Assembly (NCBI GenBank): GCA_965203445.1 | Contig: OZ241883.1 | Span: forward strand, 256,001-320,000 | Reading direction: 5' to 3' | Length of the DNA: 64,000 nucleotides | Source: Candidatus Oxydemutator sp. | GTDB taxonomy: Bacteria; Pseudomonadota; Gammaproteobacteria; Poriferisulfidales; Oxydemutatoraceae | Shown: one piece after another, positions 16,230 through 27,647 of the stretch | Numbering within the stretch: the first letter of the stretch is position 1 | Layout: every line of letters begins with the position of its first letter | The notes under the pieces: generated by a model | Seen by the model: the letters and a program-made list of their open reading frames with translations, nothing else | The model's database searches: none | What the model was told of the DNA's origin: nothing | Program-made: the position numbers and the translations under genes

Positions 16230-18209
16230 ATGCCAGCAGCCAAGCAAACCACGATGACACGGGCGGGCGCCGAGGCGTCCGAACAAAAGCTGACCTTCCG
16301 ACGCTTTGCGGACGGCGATCACAAGTGGTCGAGCTTTTCCGACCAGATTTTCAGCGCCGATCATTCGCACAAGTGCCCGACCTACGTTCACCGCACGCCG
16401 CCGTGCCAGGGCAGTTGCCCCTCCGGCGAGGACATCCGCGGCTGGCTTGCGATCGTGCGCGGCATCGAGCTGCCGCCCGAAGGCACTTCGATGCAGGAAT
16501 ATGCATTCCGGCGCGCGACCGACGCCAACCCGTTTCCGGCGATGATGGGGCGGGTTTGTCCGGCGCCGTGCCAGGACGGTTGCAACCGCAACCACGTCGA
16601 GGACTACGTCGGCATCAACGCGGTCGAGCAGTACATCGGCGACACCGCGATAGCCGAAAACTTCGCGTACCTCGCGCCCCCCGAACCGAGCGGCAAGAAG
16701 GTTGCGATCATCGGCGGCGGGCCGGCCGGCCTGGCCGCGGCCTACCATCTGCGGCGCAAGGGACACGCCAGCGTCATTTTCGACGAGCACGAGGAACTGG
16801 GCGGCATGATGCGCTACGGCATCCCCGGCTACCGCACGCCGCGCGACCTGCTCGACCACGAGATCAAGCGCATCCTCGACCTGGGCGGCATAGACACGCG
16901 CTTGTCGGTGCGCGTCGGCAAGGACGTGTCGGTCGCCGAGATCGAGGACACGTTCGACGCGGTGCTGTGGTGTCTGGGCTGTCAGACCGGGCGCAGCCTG
17001 CCGGTGCCGAACGGCGACGCCAGCAACTGCATCAGCGGCGTCAAGTTTCTCGAGGTGTTCAACAAAGGGCTGCTCAAGGTGGCCTCGGACAAGGTGGTGT
17101 GCGTCGGCGGCGGCGACACCTCGATAGACGTGGTGTCGGTGGCGCGGCGTCTCGGCCAGATGCGCAGGCTGTCCGAGAACGAACGCCCGGAGTACGTCGT
17201 CGGCGGTCACGTCGCGCACGACGCCGCTTTTGCCGCGGCCCGCGAAGGCGCCGAGGTGGTGCTGACGTCGCTGTTCGAGCGCGAGGACATGACCGCCAGC
17301 GAGCACGAGGTGGAGGACGCGCTGAAGGAGGGCGTGCGCATATTGAACGGCGTGATGCCGGTTGCGGTGGTGCTCGGCGAAAACGGACGCGCGCGCGCGC
17401 TGAAAATGGCGAAGTGCAAGATGGAGGACAACCGCCCGCAACCGGTGGCGGGCACCGAATTCGAGGTCGAGTGCGACCTGGTCGTGTCGGCCATCGGCCA
17501 GGGCGGCGACTTGAGCGGCCTCGAGGAATTCGACAACGGCCGCGGCCTGATGGACGTCGACTCGTTCTACGGCGTCGCCGACAAGCCCGGGCATTTCGCC
17601 GCCGGCGACATCATCCGCCCGCACCTGCTGACGACCGCCATCGGCCAGGCCTCGATTGCCGCCGACGGCGTGGATTACTATCTGCGCAGCGCCGAGCTCG
17701 GCAAGCGCCCCAAGGTCGACGTGCACCATTTCGACCTGCTCAGCAAGTTGAAAGAGAGCGCGCTCGACCCGGAGGCGTTCGACGGCGGCGAGCAGCGCGG
17801 CACCTGCGACGCGGACTACTCGGTGCACAACTACGAAGACCGCGCCAGCCAGGAGGTCATACCCGCGGCGCGCTTGTTTCTCGGGCATTTCTCGTACGTC
17901 GCAAGAGAGATCCGCGGCGGGCGCGGCCCGACGGCCGAGGAAGTGTTGGGGCATTTCGAGGAACGCTCCGTCGGTCTCGACGAGGAACGGGCGGTCGCCG
18001 AGGCCGGGCGCTGCATGAGCTGCGGCATGTGCTTCGAGTGCGACAACTGCGTCATATTCTGCCCGCAGGACGCGGTTTTCCGCGTCGACAAAAAGAAGAA
18101 AACGACCGGACGCTACGTGGACACCGACTACGACCGCTGCATCGGCTGCCACATCTGCGCGGACGTGTGCCCGACCGGTTACATAGACATGGCGCTGGGA
18201 GACCATTGA
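16230..18209 (+). CDS. dsrL: Fe-S flavoprotein DsrL
   Basis: PPCQGSCP, GRVCPAPCQDGCNR, GGGPAG, GGGDT, C-terminal ferredoxin; SLF in place of YRR suggests DsrL-1. Confidence 0.95.
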   Translation: MPAAKQTTMTRAGAEASEQKLTFRRFADGDHKWSSFSDQIFSADHSHKCPTYVHRTPPCQGSCPSGEDIRGWLAIVRGIELPPEGTSMQEYAFRRATDANPFPAMMGRVCPAPCQDGCNRNHVEDYVGINAVEQYIGDTAIAENFAYLAPPEPSGKKVAIIGGGPAGLAAAYHLRRKGHASVIFDEHEELGGMMRYGIPGYRTPRDLLDHEIKRILDLGGIDTRLSVRVGKDVSVAEIEDTFDAVLWCLGCQTGRSLPVPNGDASNCISGVKFLEVFNKGLLKVASDKVVCVGGGDTSIDVVSVARRLGQMRRLSENERPEYVVGGHVAHDAAFAAAREGAEVVLTSLFEREDMTASEHEVEDALKEGVRILNGVMPVAVVLGENGRARALKMAKCKMEDNRPQPVAGTEFEVECDLVVSAIGQGGDLSGLEEFDNGRGLMDVDSFYGVADKPGHFAAGDIIRPHLLTTAIGQASIAADGVDYYLRSAELGKRPKVDVHHFDLLSKLKESALDPEAFDGGEQRGTCDADYSVHNYEDRASQEVIPAARLFLGHFSYVAREIRGGRGPTAEEVLGHFEERSVGLDEERAVAEAGRCMSCGMCFECDNCVIFCPQDAVFRVDKKKKTTGRYVDTDYDRCIGCHICADVCPTGYIDMALGDH

Positions 18210-18688
18210 CGGGCGGTAACCGCCGGGCGGCCGCCGCGGCGCTCGCGGCCTCGGCGGCGGCGTGCATCGCGTTCGCGGCCGTCGCCGACGCCGACGATCA
18301 CCGAATGCCGGAACTTCCGAAAGCCAAGGGCGAGCGCTGCGTCGAGCCGACCGAAGTCATGCGCCGCCGCCACATGGAGTTCATCCTGCACCAGCGCGAT
18401 GAGACGGTGCACCGCGGCATCCGCACGCAGAAGCACCGCTTCGTCAACTGCATAGACTGCCACGTGCAGCGCAACGCCTCCGGCGACTGGCCGCGCCACA
18501 CCGACGACGATCATTTCTGCTCGGTCTGCCACCGCTACGCGGGCGTCAGCATGGACTGCTTCCAATGCCACGCCGACCGCCCGCAAGAAGCCTACCGACG
18601 CACCGGCGAGACGGCGCGCCGGGGATCGCGCGCGCGCCTGAGCCTGCGCGATTTGCAACGAACCCTGTCGCGCGAGGAGCCACGATGA
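18206..18688 (+). CDS. dsrJ: Triheme cytochrome c DsrJ
   Basis: Signal/anchor helix, HQRDETVHRGIR, CIDCH, CSVCH, CFQCH; TTG start overlapping the dsrL stop is inferred. Confidence 0.9.
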   Translation: MTGGNRRAAAAALAASAAACIAFAAVADADDHRMPELPKAKGERCVEPTEVMRRRHMEFILHQRDETVHRGIRTQKHRFVNCIDCHVQRNASGDWPRHTDDDHFCSVCHRYAGVSMDCFQCHADRPQEAYRRTGETARRGSRARLSLRDLQRTLSREEPR

Positions 18689-19425
18689 GGAAAGCATACG
18701 ACCGCCGCGAGTTTCTGAAGACGGCGGCGCTGGCCGCGGGCCTGGCGATAGCACCCGGCGTCCTGCTCTACGGCGTCGGACGCGCCGGCGCGCGCGCCGC
18801 CGACGAGGCGGTCACGGGCGAGGTACGCTGGGGCATGTTGGTGGACGTCGGCGCGTGCGCCGACGGCTGCACCGCGTGCGTCGCCGCGTGCGACGAGGAG
18901 CACGGCCTGAGCGGCTTCGGACGCCCCGAGACCGACGCCCAATGGATACGCAAACTGACCGTGCGCGAGCGCGCCAGCGGCCACTCCAAATCGTTTCCGG
19001 TCATGTGTCAGCACTGCGAGCACCCGCCGTGCGAGGACGTGTGCCCCACCGGCGCGTCGTTTCGGCGCGCCGACGGCATCGTGCTCGTGGACAAGCACAC
19101 CTGCATCGGCTGCCGCTACTGCATGATGGCGTGCCCGTACAAAGCGCGCTCGTTCATCCACGAGGCGCTGACCGACCAACTGCCGCACGCGCCGCGCGGC
19201 AAGGGCACGGTCGAGAGCTGCACGCTGTGCGTGCACAAGGTGGACCGCGGCGACGGCACCACCGCCTGCGTCGAGGCGTGCGAGCGCGAGGGTCACCGCG
19301 CGCTGATGTTCGGCGATCTGAACGACCCCGACAGCGACATCTCGAGACGCCTGGCCGAATACGGCGGCGCGCAGATCCGCGCCGACCTCGGCTTGAACAC
19401 CGGCGTGCGTTACCAGGGGCTGTGA
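18685..19425 (+). CDS. dsrO: Periplasmic Fe-S protein DsrO
   Basis: Tat signal DRREFLK, CQHCEHPPCEDVCP, CIGCRYCMMACPY. Confidence 0.93.
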   Translation: MRKAYDRREFLKTAALAAGLAIAPGVLLYGVGRAGARAADEAVTGEVRWGMLVDVGACADGCTACVAACDEEHGLSGFGRPETDAQWIRKLTVRERASGHSKSFPVMCQHCEHPPCEDVCPTGASFRRADGIVLVDKHTCIGCRYCMMACPYKARSFIHEALTDQLPHAPRGKGTVESCTLCVHKVDRGDGTTACVEACEREGHRALMFGDLNDPDSDISRRLAEYGGAQIRADLGLNTGVRYQGL

Positions 19426-20645
19426 ACGTGCGCCCGTTCCGTTACCGAACCCTCGACGCCGACGGCGTCGGCTTCTTCGCCGGATTGGCGCTGCTCGGGG
19501 GGCTGGCGCTCGCGGGCGCGGGCGCCGCCTGGTACATGGAGCACGAAGGCCACCACGTCACCGGCATGAGCAACCAGATCGTCTGGGGCGTGCCGCACGT
19601 CGTCGCGATCTTCCTGATCGTCGCCGCCTCGGGCGCGCTCAACGTCGCCTCGATGGCGTCGGTGTTCGGCAAACTCGACTATAAGCCGCTGGCGCGGCTG
19701 TCGGGCATCCTCGCAATCGCGTTGCTGGTCGGCGGCCTGGCGATTCTGGTGCTCGACCTCGGACGCCCCGACCGCCTCATCGTCGCGATGACCTACTACA
19801 ACTTCAAATCCATCTTCGCGTGGAACATCTTTCTCTACGTCGGCTTTGTGATCGTGGTCGCGGCCTACCTGTGGATGACGTTCGAGCGCCGCATGGCGCC
19901 CTACGCGAACGCCGTCGGCGTCGGCGCCTTCCTGTGGCGCCTGGTGCTGACCACCGGCACCGGCTCGATCTTCGGTTTTCTGGTCGCGCGCCAAGCCTAC
20001 GACGCCGCGGTCATGGCGCCGTTGTTCGTCGTCATGTCGTTCGCGTACGGTCTCGCGGTGTTCATTTTAGTATTGTTGGTCGCGGGGCGCCTCGCGCGCC
20101 GCCCGGTCGGCGACTACATCCTGTTCAAGCTGAAAAACCTGCTCGGCACGTTCGTCGCCGCGGTGTTGTATTTTGTGCTCGCCTTCAAGCTGACCAACCT
20201 CTACGCGGCCGAACACCACGGCGTCGAGGACTTCATCCTGCGTAGCGGCGGCATATACACCTTTTTATTCTGGGCCGTGCAGATCGGCGCCGGCAGCCTG
20301 CTGCCGCTGTTGCTGTTCTACCTGCCCGCGTGGTCGCGCTCGCGCGCCGCCGCCGCCGCCGGCTGCGCGCTGGTCGTCATCGGCGCGTTCGCGCAACTCT
20401 ACGTAATCGTCATCGGCGGCCAAGCGTACCCGCTGGTGCTGTTCCCCGGCATGGAGGAAAGCAGCAGCTTCTTCGACGGCGTCGTCGCCGCATACGCGCC
20501 GAGTCTGCCGGAACTGACGCTGGGCGTGGGCGGCGTCGCGCTGTCGCTGGCGGTGCTGACGTTCGCGCTGGCCGTACTCGACTTCCTGCCGGAAGACCTG
20601 TCCGACCGCCGCTTCATCGAAAACGCGCCGGCAACCGCCGAATAA
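19422..20645 (+). CDS. dsrP: NrfD/PsrC-family membrane protein DsrP
   Basis: TGMSNQIVWG, DLGRPDRL, multiple TM helices. Confidence 0.92.
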   Translation: MNVRPFRYRTLDADGVGFFAGLALLGGLALAGAGAAWYMEHEGHHVTGMSNQIVWGVPHVVAIFLIVAASGALNVASMASVFGKLDYKPLARLSGILAIALLVGGLAILVLDLGRPDRLIVAMTYYNFKSIFAWNIFLYVGFVIVVAAYLWMTFERRMAPYANAVGVGAFLWRLVLTTGTGSIFGFLVARQAYDAAVMAPLFVVMSFAYGLAVFILVLLVAGRLARRPVGDYILFKLKNLLGTFVAAVLYFVLAFKLTNLYAAEHHGVEDFILRSGGIYTFLFWAVQIGAGSLLPLLLFYLPAWSRSRAAAAAGCALVVIGAFAQLYVIVIGGQAYPLVLFPGMEESSSFFDGVVAAYAPSLPELTLGVGGVALSLAVLTFALAVLDFLPEDLSDRRFIENAPATAE

Positions 20646-20688
20646 CCCCGCGCGGCGACGGCCCGCAGCGCGGCGACGCGATACCGCG

Positions 20689-22089
20689 ATGGCACGATTC
20701 CTGGTCAGCGCAATCCGCAAGTCATCGGGCAAGACCGTCGTCTGCGCCGGCCTGTGCGCCGAATTGAGGGCGCGCGGCCTTGCAGTCCGCGCCTTCAAGA
20801 AAGGCCCCGACTACATTGACCCGCAATGGCTGGCGCTCGCCAGCGGCCGCGCCTGCTACAACCTTGATTTTCACGTGCAGTCGCACGAAGAGATCCGCGC
20901 ACTGGCGGCGGCGCGCGCGCCCGGGCGCGGCCACAGCCTGATCGAGGCGAACAAGGGGCTGTTCGACGGCGTCGCCGCCGACGGCAGCGACAGCAACGCG
21001 GCGCTCGCCAAGCTGCTCGACGCGCCGGTGGTGCTGGTCGTGGACTGCGAAGGCATGACGCGCGGCATCGCGCCGCTGTTGCAGGGCTACCGCGCCTTCG
21101 ACGCCGAAGTGACGATAGCCGGCGTCATCCTGAACCGCGTCGGCGGCGAACGCCACCGCGCCAAGCTGACCGCGGCGGTCGAGAACTACACCGACGTGCC
21201 GGTGTTGGGCGCGATCATGCGCGATGCGCGGCTGCAACTTCCAGAGAGGCACCTCGGCCTGGTGCCGTCCGCCGAGGCCGGCGGCGCCGCACAAAGAAGC
21301 GAGAGCATGCGCGAGGCCGTCGCCGCGCAGGTGGACGTGGACCTGTTGCTACGGGCCGTCGACACGTCGGGACACGCGCGGGAGGCCGCCGCCGTCGCTG
21401 CGCCGTTATCCGAAAACGGCGGAAACGACGGACTCAAACTGGCCGTGTTCAAGGACCGGGCTTTTCATTTTTATTATCCCGACGACCTCGAAGACCTCGA
21501 GCGCCGCGGCGTCGAACTGGCGTTCGTGGACGCCCTGCGCGACGCGCGCCTGCCGCCCGTGGACGGCCTGTTCATCGGCGGCGGCTTTCCGGAGACCCAG
21601 GCGGCGGCGCTCGAAGCCAACGGCGACCTGCGCGCCGACGTGGCGCGGGCGATCGGACGCGGGCTGCCGACCTACGCCGAGTGCGGCGGCCTGATGTATC
21701 TGTCGCGCGGCATCACTTGGCGGGGGCGGCGCTATCAGATGTGCGGCGTCGTCGAGGCCGACGTGCTGATGTGCGACGCGCCGCAGGGGCGCGGCTACGT
21801 CGAGTTCAGCGAAACCGCGAACATGCCGTGGCCGGCGGACGCGGACGCGCCGCGATTGCGGCGCGCGCACGAATTCCACTACTCGCGTCTGGTCGGCGCC
21901 GCCGCCTACGCCGCCGCCTACGCGGTCTCGCGCGGCACCGGCATAGGCGGCGGCAGGGACGGCATCGTCCACAAAAACCTGCTCGCCAGCTACCTCCATC
22001 TGCGCGCCACCGGCGGCGCGCGCTGGACCGCGCGCTTTGCCCGGTTCATGCGCCGGAAAATCCGTCGCAACCCGCACGCGGTGGAGTAA
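20689..22089 (+). CDS. dsrN: Siroheme a-amide synthase DsrN (CbiA family)
   Basis: KSSGKT, FKKGPDYID, PERHLGL, GGFPE, YAECGGLMYL, HEFHYS; last gene of the dsr operon. Confidence 0.9.
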   Translation: MARFLVSAIRKSSGKTVVCAGLCAELRARGLAVRAFKKGPDYIDPQWLALASGRACYNLDFHVQSHEEIRALAAARAPGRGHSLIEANKGLFDGVAADGSDSNAALAKLLDAPVVLVVDCEGMTRGIAPLLQGYRAFDAEVTIAGVILNRVGGERHRAKLTAAVENYTDVPVLGAIMRDARLQLPERHLGLVPSAEAGGAAQRSESMREAVAAQVDVDLLLRAVDTSGHAREAAAVAAPLSENGGNDGLKLAVFKDRAFHFYYPDDLEDLERRGVELAFVDALRDARLPPVDGLFIGGGFPETQAAALEANGDLRADVARAIGRGLPTYAECGGLMYLSRGITWRGRRYQMCGVVEADVLMCDAPQGRGYVEFSETANMPWPADADAPRLRRAHEFHYSRLVGAAAYAAAYAVSRGTGIGGGRDGIVHKNLLASYLHLRATGGARWTARFARFMRRKIRRNPHAVE

Positions 22090-22145
22090 GGATGCCGTTG
22101 CCCCTATAATAAGGGATTACCGACAACCAACGCTAGCAGGAAATC

Positions 22146-22502
22146 ATGGCCAGAGTAACGGTCGAGGATTGCCTCGAAAAATTAGGAAACCAATTCAAGG
22201 TGGTGCAGGTCGCCGGGCACAGGGCGCGCCAACTCGAGATCGGCATGCCCGCGAAAGTCGAGGAAAACGGCGACAAGTCCACGGTCATCGCGCTGCGCGA
22301 GATCGCCGAGGGCCTGGTCACCGAGGAGGTCCTGGACGAACCGATCAACGAGTTCGAGGATCTCGACAGCGAACTGTCGCATCTGCTGCGGGCGGACGAA
22401 CCGGGCGCGACGATAGACGACGCTTTGCCCGACGACGAAGCCTCGCTCGAGGCCGGCGACGACCCGCAAGACGGCGCCACGCGACAACCTTCGGAGGAAT
22501 GA
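22146..22502 (+). CDS. rpoZ: RNA polymerase omega subunit
   Basis: [27 protein letters not shown]; acidic tail; TATAAT at 22105-22110 upstream. Confidence 0.95.
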   Translation: MARVTVEDCLEKLGNQFKVVQVAGHRARQLEIGMPAKVEENGDKSTVIALREIAEGLVTEEVLDEPINEFEDLDSELSHLLRADEPGATIDDALPDDEASLEAGDDPQDGATRQPSEE

Positions 22503-24763
22503 CCCCGCCGGCGGGTTGGCGGCCGATGACGACTGCACGATCCGCGCACGCCGTGCCCCGCGTCGCGGCCACGAACGCGGTGCCATCCCCGGTTCCCGCC
22601 GGCGACGATTATTTCGTGCTCTCGGGCTTGCGCGAGACGCTCGCGGAATACCTGGGCGCGCGCGAGGTCGCCGAAATCCACAAAGCCTGCCGCTTCGGCG
22701 CGCGCGCGCACACCGGCCAGACGCGACGTTCCGGCGAACCGTACATCCACCATCCCATCGAGGTGGCGCGCACGATGGCCGAGCTGCGCCTGGACAAAAT
22801 CACGATCATCGCCGGTCTGTTGCACGACGTGCTCGAAGACACGCACGTAACGCGCGCGCGGCTGCGCGCCGAATTCGGCGGCGCCGTGACCGAAGTGGTC
22901 GAGGGCGTCAGCAAATTGCAGGGACTCGACTTCGAGAGCGTCGAGATCGAGCAGGCGGAAAACTTCCAGAAAATGATGCTGGCCATGGCCAAGGACCTGC
23001 GCGTCATCCTGGTCAAGATCGCCGACCGCCTGCACAACATGCGCACCCTGCGCCACATGCCGCAGGCGCGCCAGAAGGCCATCGCCCGCGAGACCCTCGA
23101 AATCTACGCGCCGCTGGCGTTGCGTCTCGGCATGGGCGAGGTACGCCTCGAGTTCGAGGACCTGGCGTTCAAGACGCTGCACCCGCGGCGGCGCGCGGTG
23201 CTCGAGAAACGGGTGCGCGAACGCGGCGGCAACCGCCTCGAACTGATGGAAAAGGCCGTCGCCGGAATCCGCCGTCATCTGCACGCCGCCGGCGTGCCGT
23301 GCCGGGTGCAGGGGCGGCGCAAGCACGTCTATAGCATCTACCGCAAGATGAGGGAAAAACGCCTGCCGTTCTCGCAGGTCATGGACATCTTCGCGGTACG
23401 CCTGGTGGTGGAAAACGTCGACGGCTGCTACCGCGCGCTCGGCCTGATGCACAACTTCTACAAGCCGGTGCCGGGGCGCTTCAAGGACTACATCGCGATC
23501 CCCAAGGCCAACGGCTACCAGTCGCTGCACACGATACTGTTCGGGCCGCAGGGCGTGCTGATGGAGACCCAGATCCGCACGCGCGAGATGGACGAGGTCG
23601 CGCAGACCGGTATCGCCGCGTACGCGCTCTACAAAATCGCCGACGGGCGCCAGCCGGGCGCGGGTTCCGACGGCGTCGTCAAGACCCAGCAGTGGTTGCA
23701 GGGGCTGTTCGGGTTTCCGCACGGCGCCGCCGATTCGCTCGAGTTCATGGAGCATCTGAAAGCCGGTCTGATACCGGACGACGTCTACGTGTTCACGCCG
23801 CAGGGCGAGATCATGGCGCTGCCGCGCAAGGCGACCGCGCTCGACTTCGCGTTCGCGGTGCACACCGACCTCGGGCTGGCGGCGACCGGCGCGCGCATAG
23901 ACAAGCGCCTGAGCATGTTGAGCACCGTGCTCCAAAGCGGACAGACCGTCGAGGTCGTGACCTCGGAAAACGCCAGGCCGAGTCCCGGTTGGCTCGGTTT
24001 TGCGGTGACCGCGAAGGCGCGCGCCGCGATCCGGCACTACCTGAAGAACATCCGCGACGACGAGGCGGTCAAGCTCGGCAAGCACCTGCTGAACGAGGCG
24101 CTGCGCAATTACCAGACCAGTCTCGGCGAAATTGACAAGGGCTGGTTCGACAAGGTCGCCCTGGCGCTCGAGGTCGCCGGACGCGACAACCTGTTCCGCG
24201 AGATCGGCCTCGGCAACCACATCCCGCAGTTGATCGCGGCGCGTCTGGCCGACTCCGAGCGCGTCGCCGCAAGGCCGCTCGAGATCGCGCGCTCGAGCGC
24301 GCTGCGCGGCGCCAAGGGCATGGTCGTGACCTACGCCAAATGCTGCTACCCGATTCCGGAGGACGCGGTCGTCGGCATTATGAGCCCCGGCAAGGGGCTG
24401 GTCGTGCACCGCGACGGCTGCCCGAACGCGGCCACGGCGCGGCGCAAAAAAGACGGCGTCCTCGCGCTGCAATGGAGCGGCGAGAGCGGCGCCGGCGACG
24501 AATACTCGGCCGCGATCCGCGCCGTGACCCGCCACCAGCGCGGCGTCCTCGCGAGCATCGCCGCGAAGGTCGCCGAGATGGGATCGAACATAGAAAACAT
24601 ATCCATCGAGGAGCGCGGCACCGAGACCGCCGCGATCACGTTCGTCATCAGCGTCAACGGCGGCGCCCAGCTCGACAAGATCATGCGCAAGATCGTACAA
24701 GCGGTCGAGGGCACCGAGGTGCAGAGGATCGGCATCCCCGAGAAAGCCGGCGCCGGTCATTGA
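22499..24763 (+). CDS. spoT: (p)ppGpp synthetase/hydrolase SpoT
   Basis: [49 protein letters not shown] and ACT domains; start 22499 or 22526. Confidence 0.95.
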   Translation: MTPPAGWRPMTTARSAHAVPRVAATNAVPSPVPAGDDYFVLSGLRETLAEYLGAREVAEIHKACRFGARAHTGQTRRSGEPYIHHPIEVARTMAELRLDKITIIAGLLHDVLEDTHVTRARLRAEFGGAVTEVVEGVSKLQGLDFESVEIEQAENFQKMMLAMAKDLRVILVKIADRLHNMRTLRHMPQARQKAIARETLEIYAPLALRLGMGEVRLEFEDLAFKTLHPRRRAVLEKRVRERGGNRLELMEKAVAGIRRHLHAAGVPCRVQGRRKHVYSIYRKMREKRLPFSQVMDIFAVRLVVENVDGCYRALGLMHNFYKPVPGRFKDYIAIPKANGYQSLHTILFGPQGVLMETQIRTREMDEVAQTGIAAYALYKIADGRQPGAGSDGVVKTQQWLQGLFGFPHGAADSLEFMEHLKAGLIPDDVYVFTPQGEIMALPRKATALDFAFAVHTDLGLAATGARIDKRLSMLSTVLQSGQTVEVVTSENARPSPGWLGFAVTAKARAAIRHYLKNIRDDEAVKLGKHLLNEALRNYQTSLGEIDKGWFDKVALALEVAGRDNLFREIGLGNHIPQLIAARLADSERVAARPLEIARSSALRGAKGMVVTYAKCCYPIPEDAVVGIMSPGKGLVVHRDGCPNAATARRKKDGVLALQWSGESGAGDEYSAAIRAVTRHQRGVLASIAAKVAEMGSNIENISIEERGTETAAITFVISVNGGAQLDKIMRKIVQAVEGTEVQRIGIPEKAGAGH

Positions 24764-24789
24764 CCCCCCAACCCGAGGCGAGGCGGAAC

Positions 24790-25173
24790 GTGGGCAAAAA
24801 AACGATAACGACCGAGCGCGCGCCGCGCGCCATCGGAACCTATTCGCAGGCGGTGCGCGCCGGCGATACGGTGTACCTTTCCGGCCAGATCCCGCTGCAC
24901 CCGGAGACCATGGAACTGATCGAAGGCGACGTCCGCGCCCAGGCGCACCGGGTGTTCGCCAACTTGGCGGCAGTCGCCGCCGCCGCCGGCGGCGGCCTGG
25001 ACGACGTCGTCAAACTGAACGTCTATCTGGCCGACGTCCGCGACTTTCCGATCATCAACGAGGTAATGAGCGAGTATTTCAGCGAGCCGTACCCGGCGCG
25101 GGCGGCGCTCGGCGTCGCCGCGCTGCCGAAAGGCGCCGGCGTCGAAATCGAAGCGATTATGCACCTGGGCTGA
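24790..25173 (+). CDS. ridA: RidA family enamine/imine deaminase
   Basis: [32 protein letters not shown]. Confidence 0.9.
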   Translation: MGKKTITTERAPRAIGTYSQAVRAGDTVYLSGQIPLHPETMELIEGDVRAQAHRVFANLAAVAAAAGGGLDDVVKLNVYLADVRDFPIINEVMSEYFSEPYPARAALGVAALPKGAGVEIEAIMHLG

Positions 25174-25197
25174 AGCGCGGCGCCGCGGCCGCCGGCA

Positions 25198-27273
25198 ATG
25201 AAAATAACCGAACTCAAAGGCGTAGGCCCCGAGACCGCGGCGCGCCTCGAGAAACTGCATCTGCGCTCGATCGAAGACCTGCTGTTTCACTTTCCGCTGC
25301 GCTACCAGGACAAGACGCGGGCGCTGCCCATCGGCGGCCTGCAACCCGGGCGGGCGGCGTTGATAGAAGGCAGCGTCCACGCCGCGCACGTCGCCTACAC
25401 CGGGCGACGCGTGCTCGTCGTGCAGGTCGGCGACCGCAGCGGCTGGCTGCAACTGCGGTTCTTCCACTTCTCGACGGCGCAAAAAGCGGGCTTCAGGCCG
25501 GGGCAGAAACTGACCGCCTACGGCGAAGTCCGCGCGACGCGCGGCACGCTCGAGATCATCCATCCCGAATACCGCCTGATCGGCGCGCACCGCGCGGCGC
25601 CGCTGGAACGCCACTACACGCCGGTGTACCCGGCGACCGAGGGGCTGGCCCAGAAAAGTCTGCGCCGCTTGGCGCGCGCGGCCGTGGAATGGTTTCAAAA
25701 ACCGGAGAACCGGCTCGAGGAACTGCTGCCCGACGAAGTGACGCGCGAACTCGGCGCCGCCGGGGCGATACCGACACAGGAGGCGTTGCGCCTGCTGCAC
25801 GAGCCGCCCGCCGGCACCGACTTGGCGGCGCTCACCGAGGGACGCCACCCGGCGCGCAAACGCCTGGCGTTCGAGGAATTGCTCGCCAACGTCCTGAGCC
25901 TGAAGAGGCTGCGCGCCAGACAACGACGCCACAAAGCATGGGCGCTCGACTGCGAAGGGCGCTTGTTTCGGGAGTTGACGCGCGCGCTGCCGTTCGCGTT
26001 GACCGCGGCGCAGCACAAAGTCATCGGCGAAATACTGGAAGACGCGCGCCGCGAATCGCCGATGATGCGCCTGGTGCAGGGCGACGTCGGTTCGGGCAAG
26101 ACGCTGGTCGCCACGGCCGCGTTGTTGCAGGCCATCGAGGCCGGCTTTCAGGCCGCGTTGATGGCGCCGACCGAGATCCTCGCCGAACAACACTACGACA
26201 ATCTGCGCGAACTGCTCGCGTCGTCCGACGTGTCCGTGTGCGTGTTATCGAGGCGTCACAAGACACGCGCGCGCCAAGCGGCGCTGCGGCGCATACGCAG
26301 CGGCCAGGCGCGGCTGATTATCGGCACCCACGCGTTGTTCCAGGAAGCGGTCGACTTCCCGCGCCTGGCGATGATCGTGGTGGATGAACAACACCGCTTC
26401 GGCGTGCACCAGCGGCTGCTGCTGAAGGAAAAAGGCGCCCACGGCGAGGTGCGCCCGCACCAACTGATCATGACCGCGACGCCGATCCCGCGCAGCCTGG
26501 CGATGACGATGTACGCCGATCTTGACTACTCGGTGATAGACGAACTGCCGCCCGGACGCAAGCAGATAAAGACCGTCGCGTTGCCGGAAACGCGCCGCGA
26601 CGAGGTCATCGCGCGCCTGCACGAGTCGTGTCGCGGCGGCGCGCAGGCGTACTGGGTGTGCCCGCTGATCGAAGAATCCGAATCGCTGCAATGCCGCGCC
26701 GCCGAGGCGAGCCACCGCCACTTGTGCGGCGTCATGCCCGATCTCAAGCTCGGCCTGATCCACGGCAATCTGCACGGCGACGAGAAAGAGGCGGTCATGC
26801 GCGCGTTCAAGGACGGCGCCGTCGACGTGCTGGTGGCGACGACCGTGATCGAGGTCGGGGTGGACGTCGCGAACGCGACGCTGATGATTATAGACAACGC
26901 CGAGCGCCTGGGGCTTGCCCAGCTCCACCAGCTGCGCGGGCGCGTCGGTCGCGGCCGGCGCCAAAGCTCATGCGTGCTGATCTACGCGCCGCCGTTGTCG
27001 GACAAGGCGGCGCGCCGCCTCCGCGTGATGCGCAAGTCGAACGACGGCTTCGAGATCGCCGCCGAGGACATGCGCCTGCGCGGCCCCGGCGAGATTATGG
27101 GCACCCGCCAAGCCGGACAGATCCACTTCCGCGTCGCCGACCCGTCGCAGGATGCCGAGCAGGTGCAGCAAGTGCTGAAGGTCGCCGACGACTTCGCCGC
27201 GCGCCATCCGCGCCGCGCCGAAGAACTGACGAAACGCTGGCTTGGGAAATTCGCCCGCTACGCCGAGGTGTAA
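25198..27273 (+). CDS. recG: ATP-dependent DNA helicase RecG
   Basis: QGDVGSGKT, DEQHRFGV, MTATPIPR, QLHQLRGRVGRG, LRGPGE. Confidence 0.97.
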   Translation: MKITELKGVGPETAARLEKLHLRSIEDLLFHFPLRYQDKTRALPIGGLQPGRAALIEGSVHAAHVAYTGRRVLVVQVGDRSGWLQLRFFHFSTAQKAGFRPGQKLTAYGEVRATRGTLEIIHPEYRLIGAHRAAPLERHYTPVYPATEGLAQKSLRRLARAAVEWFQKPENRLEELLPDEVTRELGAAGAIPTQEALRLLHEPPAGTDLAALTEGRHPARKRLAFEELLANVLSLKRLRARQRRHKAWALDCEGRLFRELTRALPFALTAAQHKVIGEILEDARRESPMMRLVQGDVGSGKTLVATAALLQAIEAGFQAALMAPTEILAEQHYDNLRELLASSDVSVCVLSRRHKTRARQAALRRIRSGQARLIIGTHALFQEAVDFPRLAMIVVDEQHRFGVHQRLLLKEKGAHGEVRPHQLIMTATPIPRSLAMTMYADLDYSVIDELPPGRKQIKTVALPETRRDEVIARLHESCRGGAQAYWVCPLIEESESLQCRAAEASHRHLCGVMPDLKLGLIHGNLHGDEKEAVMRAFKDGAVDVLVATTVIEVGVDVANATLMIIDNAERLGLAQLHQLRGRVGRGRRQSSCVLIYAPPLSDKAARRLRVMRKSNDGFEIAAEDMRLRGPGEIMGTRQAGQIHFRVADPSQDAEQVQQVLKVADDFAARHPRRAEELTKRWLGKFARYAEV

Positions 27274-27576
27274 TCAGCCGTACGTGCCGATGGCCATCGT
27301 CACCAGAAAAATAACGAGCAGCAGCGCCAACGCGACGAACGCCGCGCCGGCCCAAGGGGAATCCAGACAGCGGCGCCACGCGACGGCGCCGCACGCGAGG
27401 CCCGCGACGGTAACGCAAAACGCCGCCCAGTACAGCGCGAACACGCAATCGCTCCGGCAGGCGCGCGTATCGAAGGTTCCCGACAACAACTGCGCCACGA
27501 GCACGACGGTCAAAAGCCAGCCGGCGACGGCGCTCGAAACGAGGCTCGAAACGAGTATCGCGTCTTTCGCGTTCAT
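27274..27576 (-). CDS. Hypothetical small membrane protein (about 3 TM)
   Basis: Three hydrophobic stretches, CxxxC in a loop; start uncertain. Confidence 0.55.
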   Translation of the reverse strand: MNAKDAILVSSLVSSAVAGWLLTVVLVAQLLSGTFDTRACRSDCVFALYWAAFCVTVAGLACGAVAWRRCLDSPWAGAAFVALALLLVIFLVTMAIGTYG

Positions 27577-27647
27577 ATGATTATTGGCCCGAGATGTAAC
27601 GCCGGCCATTGTATCATCGCGGATGGAGTGTAACAGCCCCTGTACAT

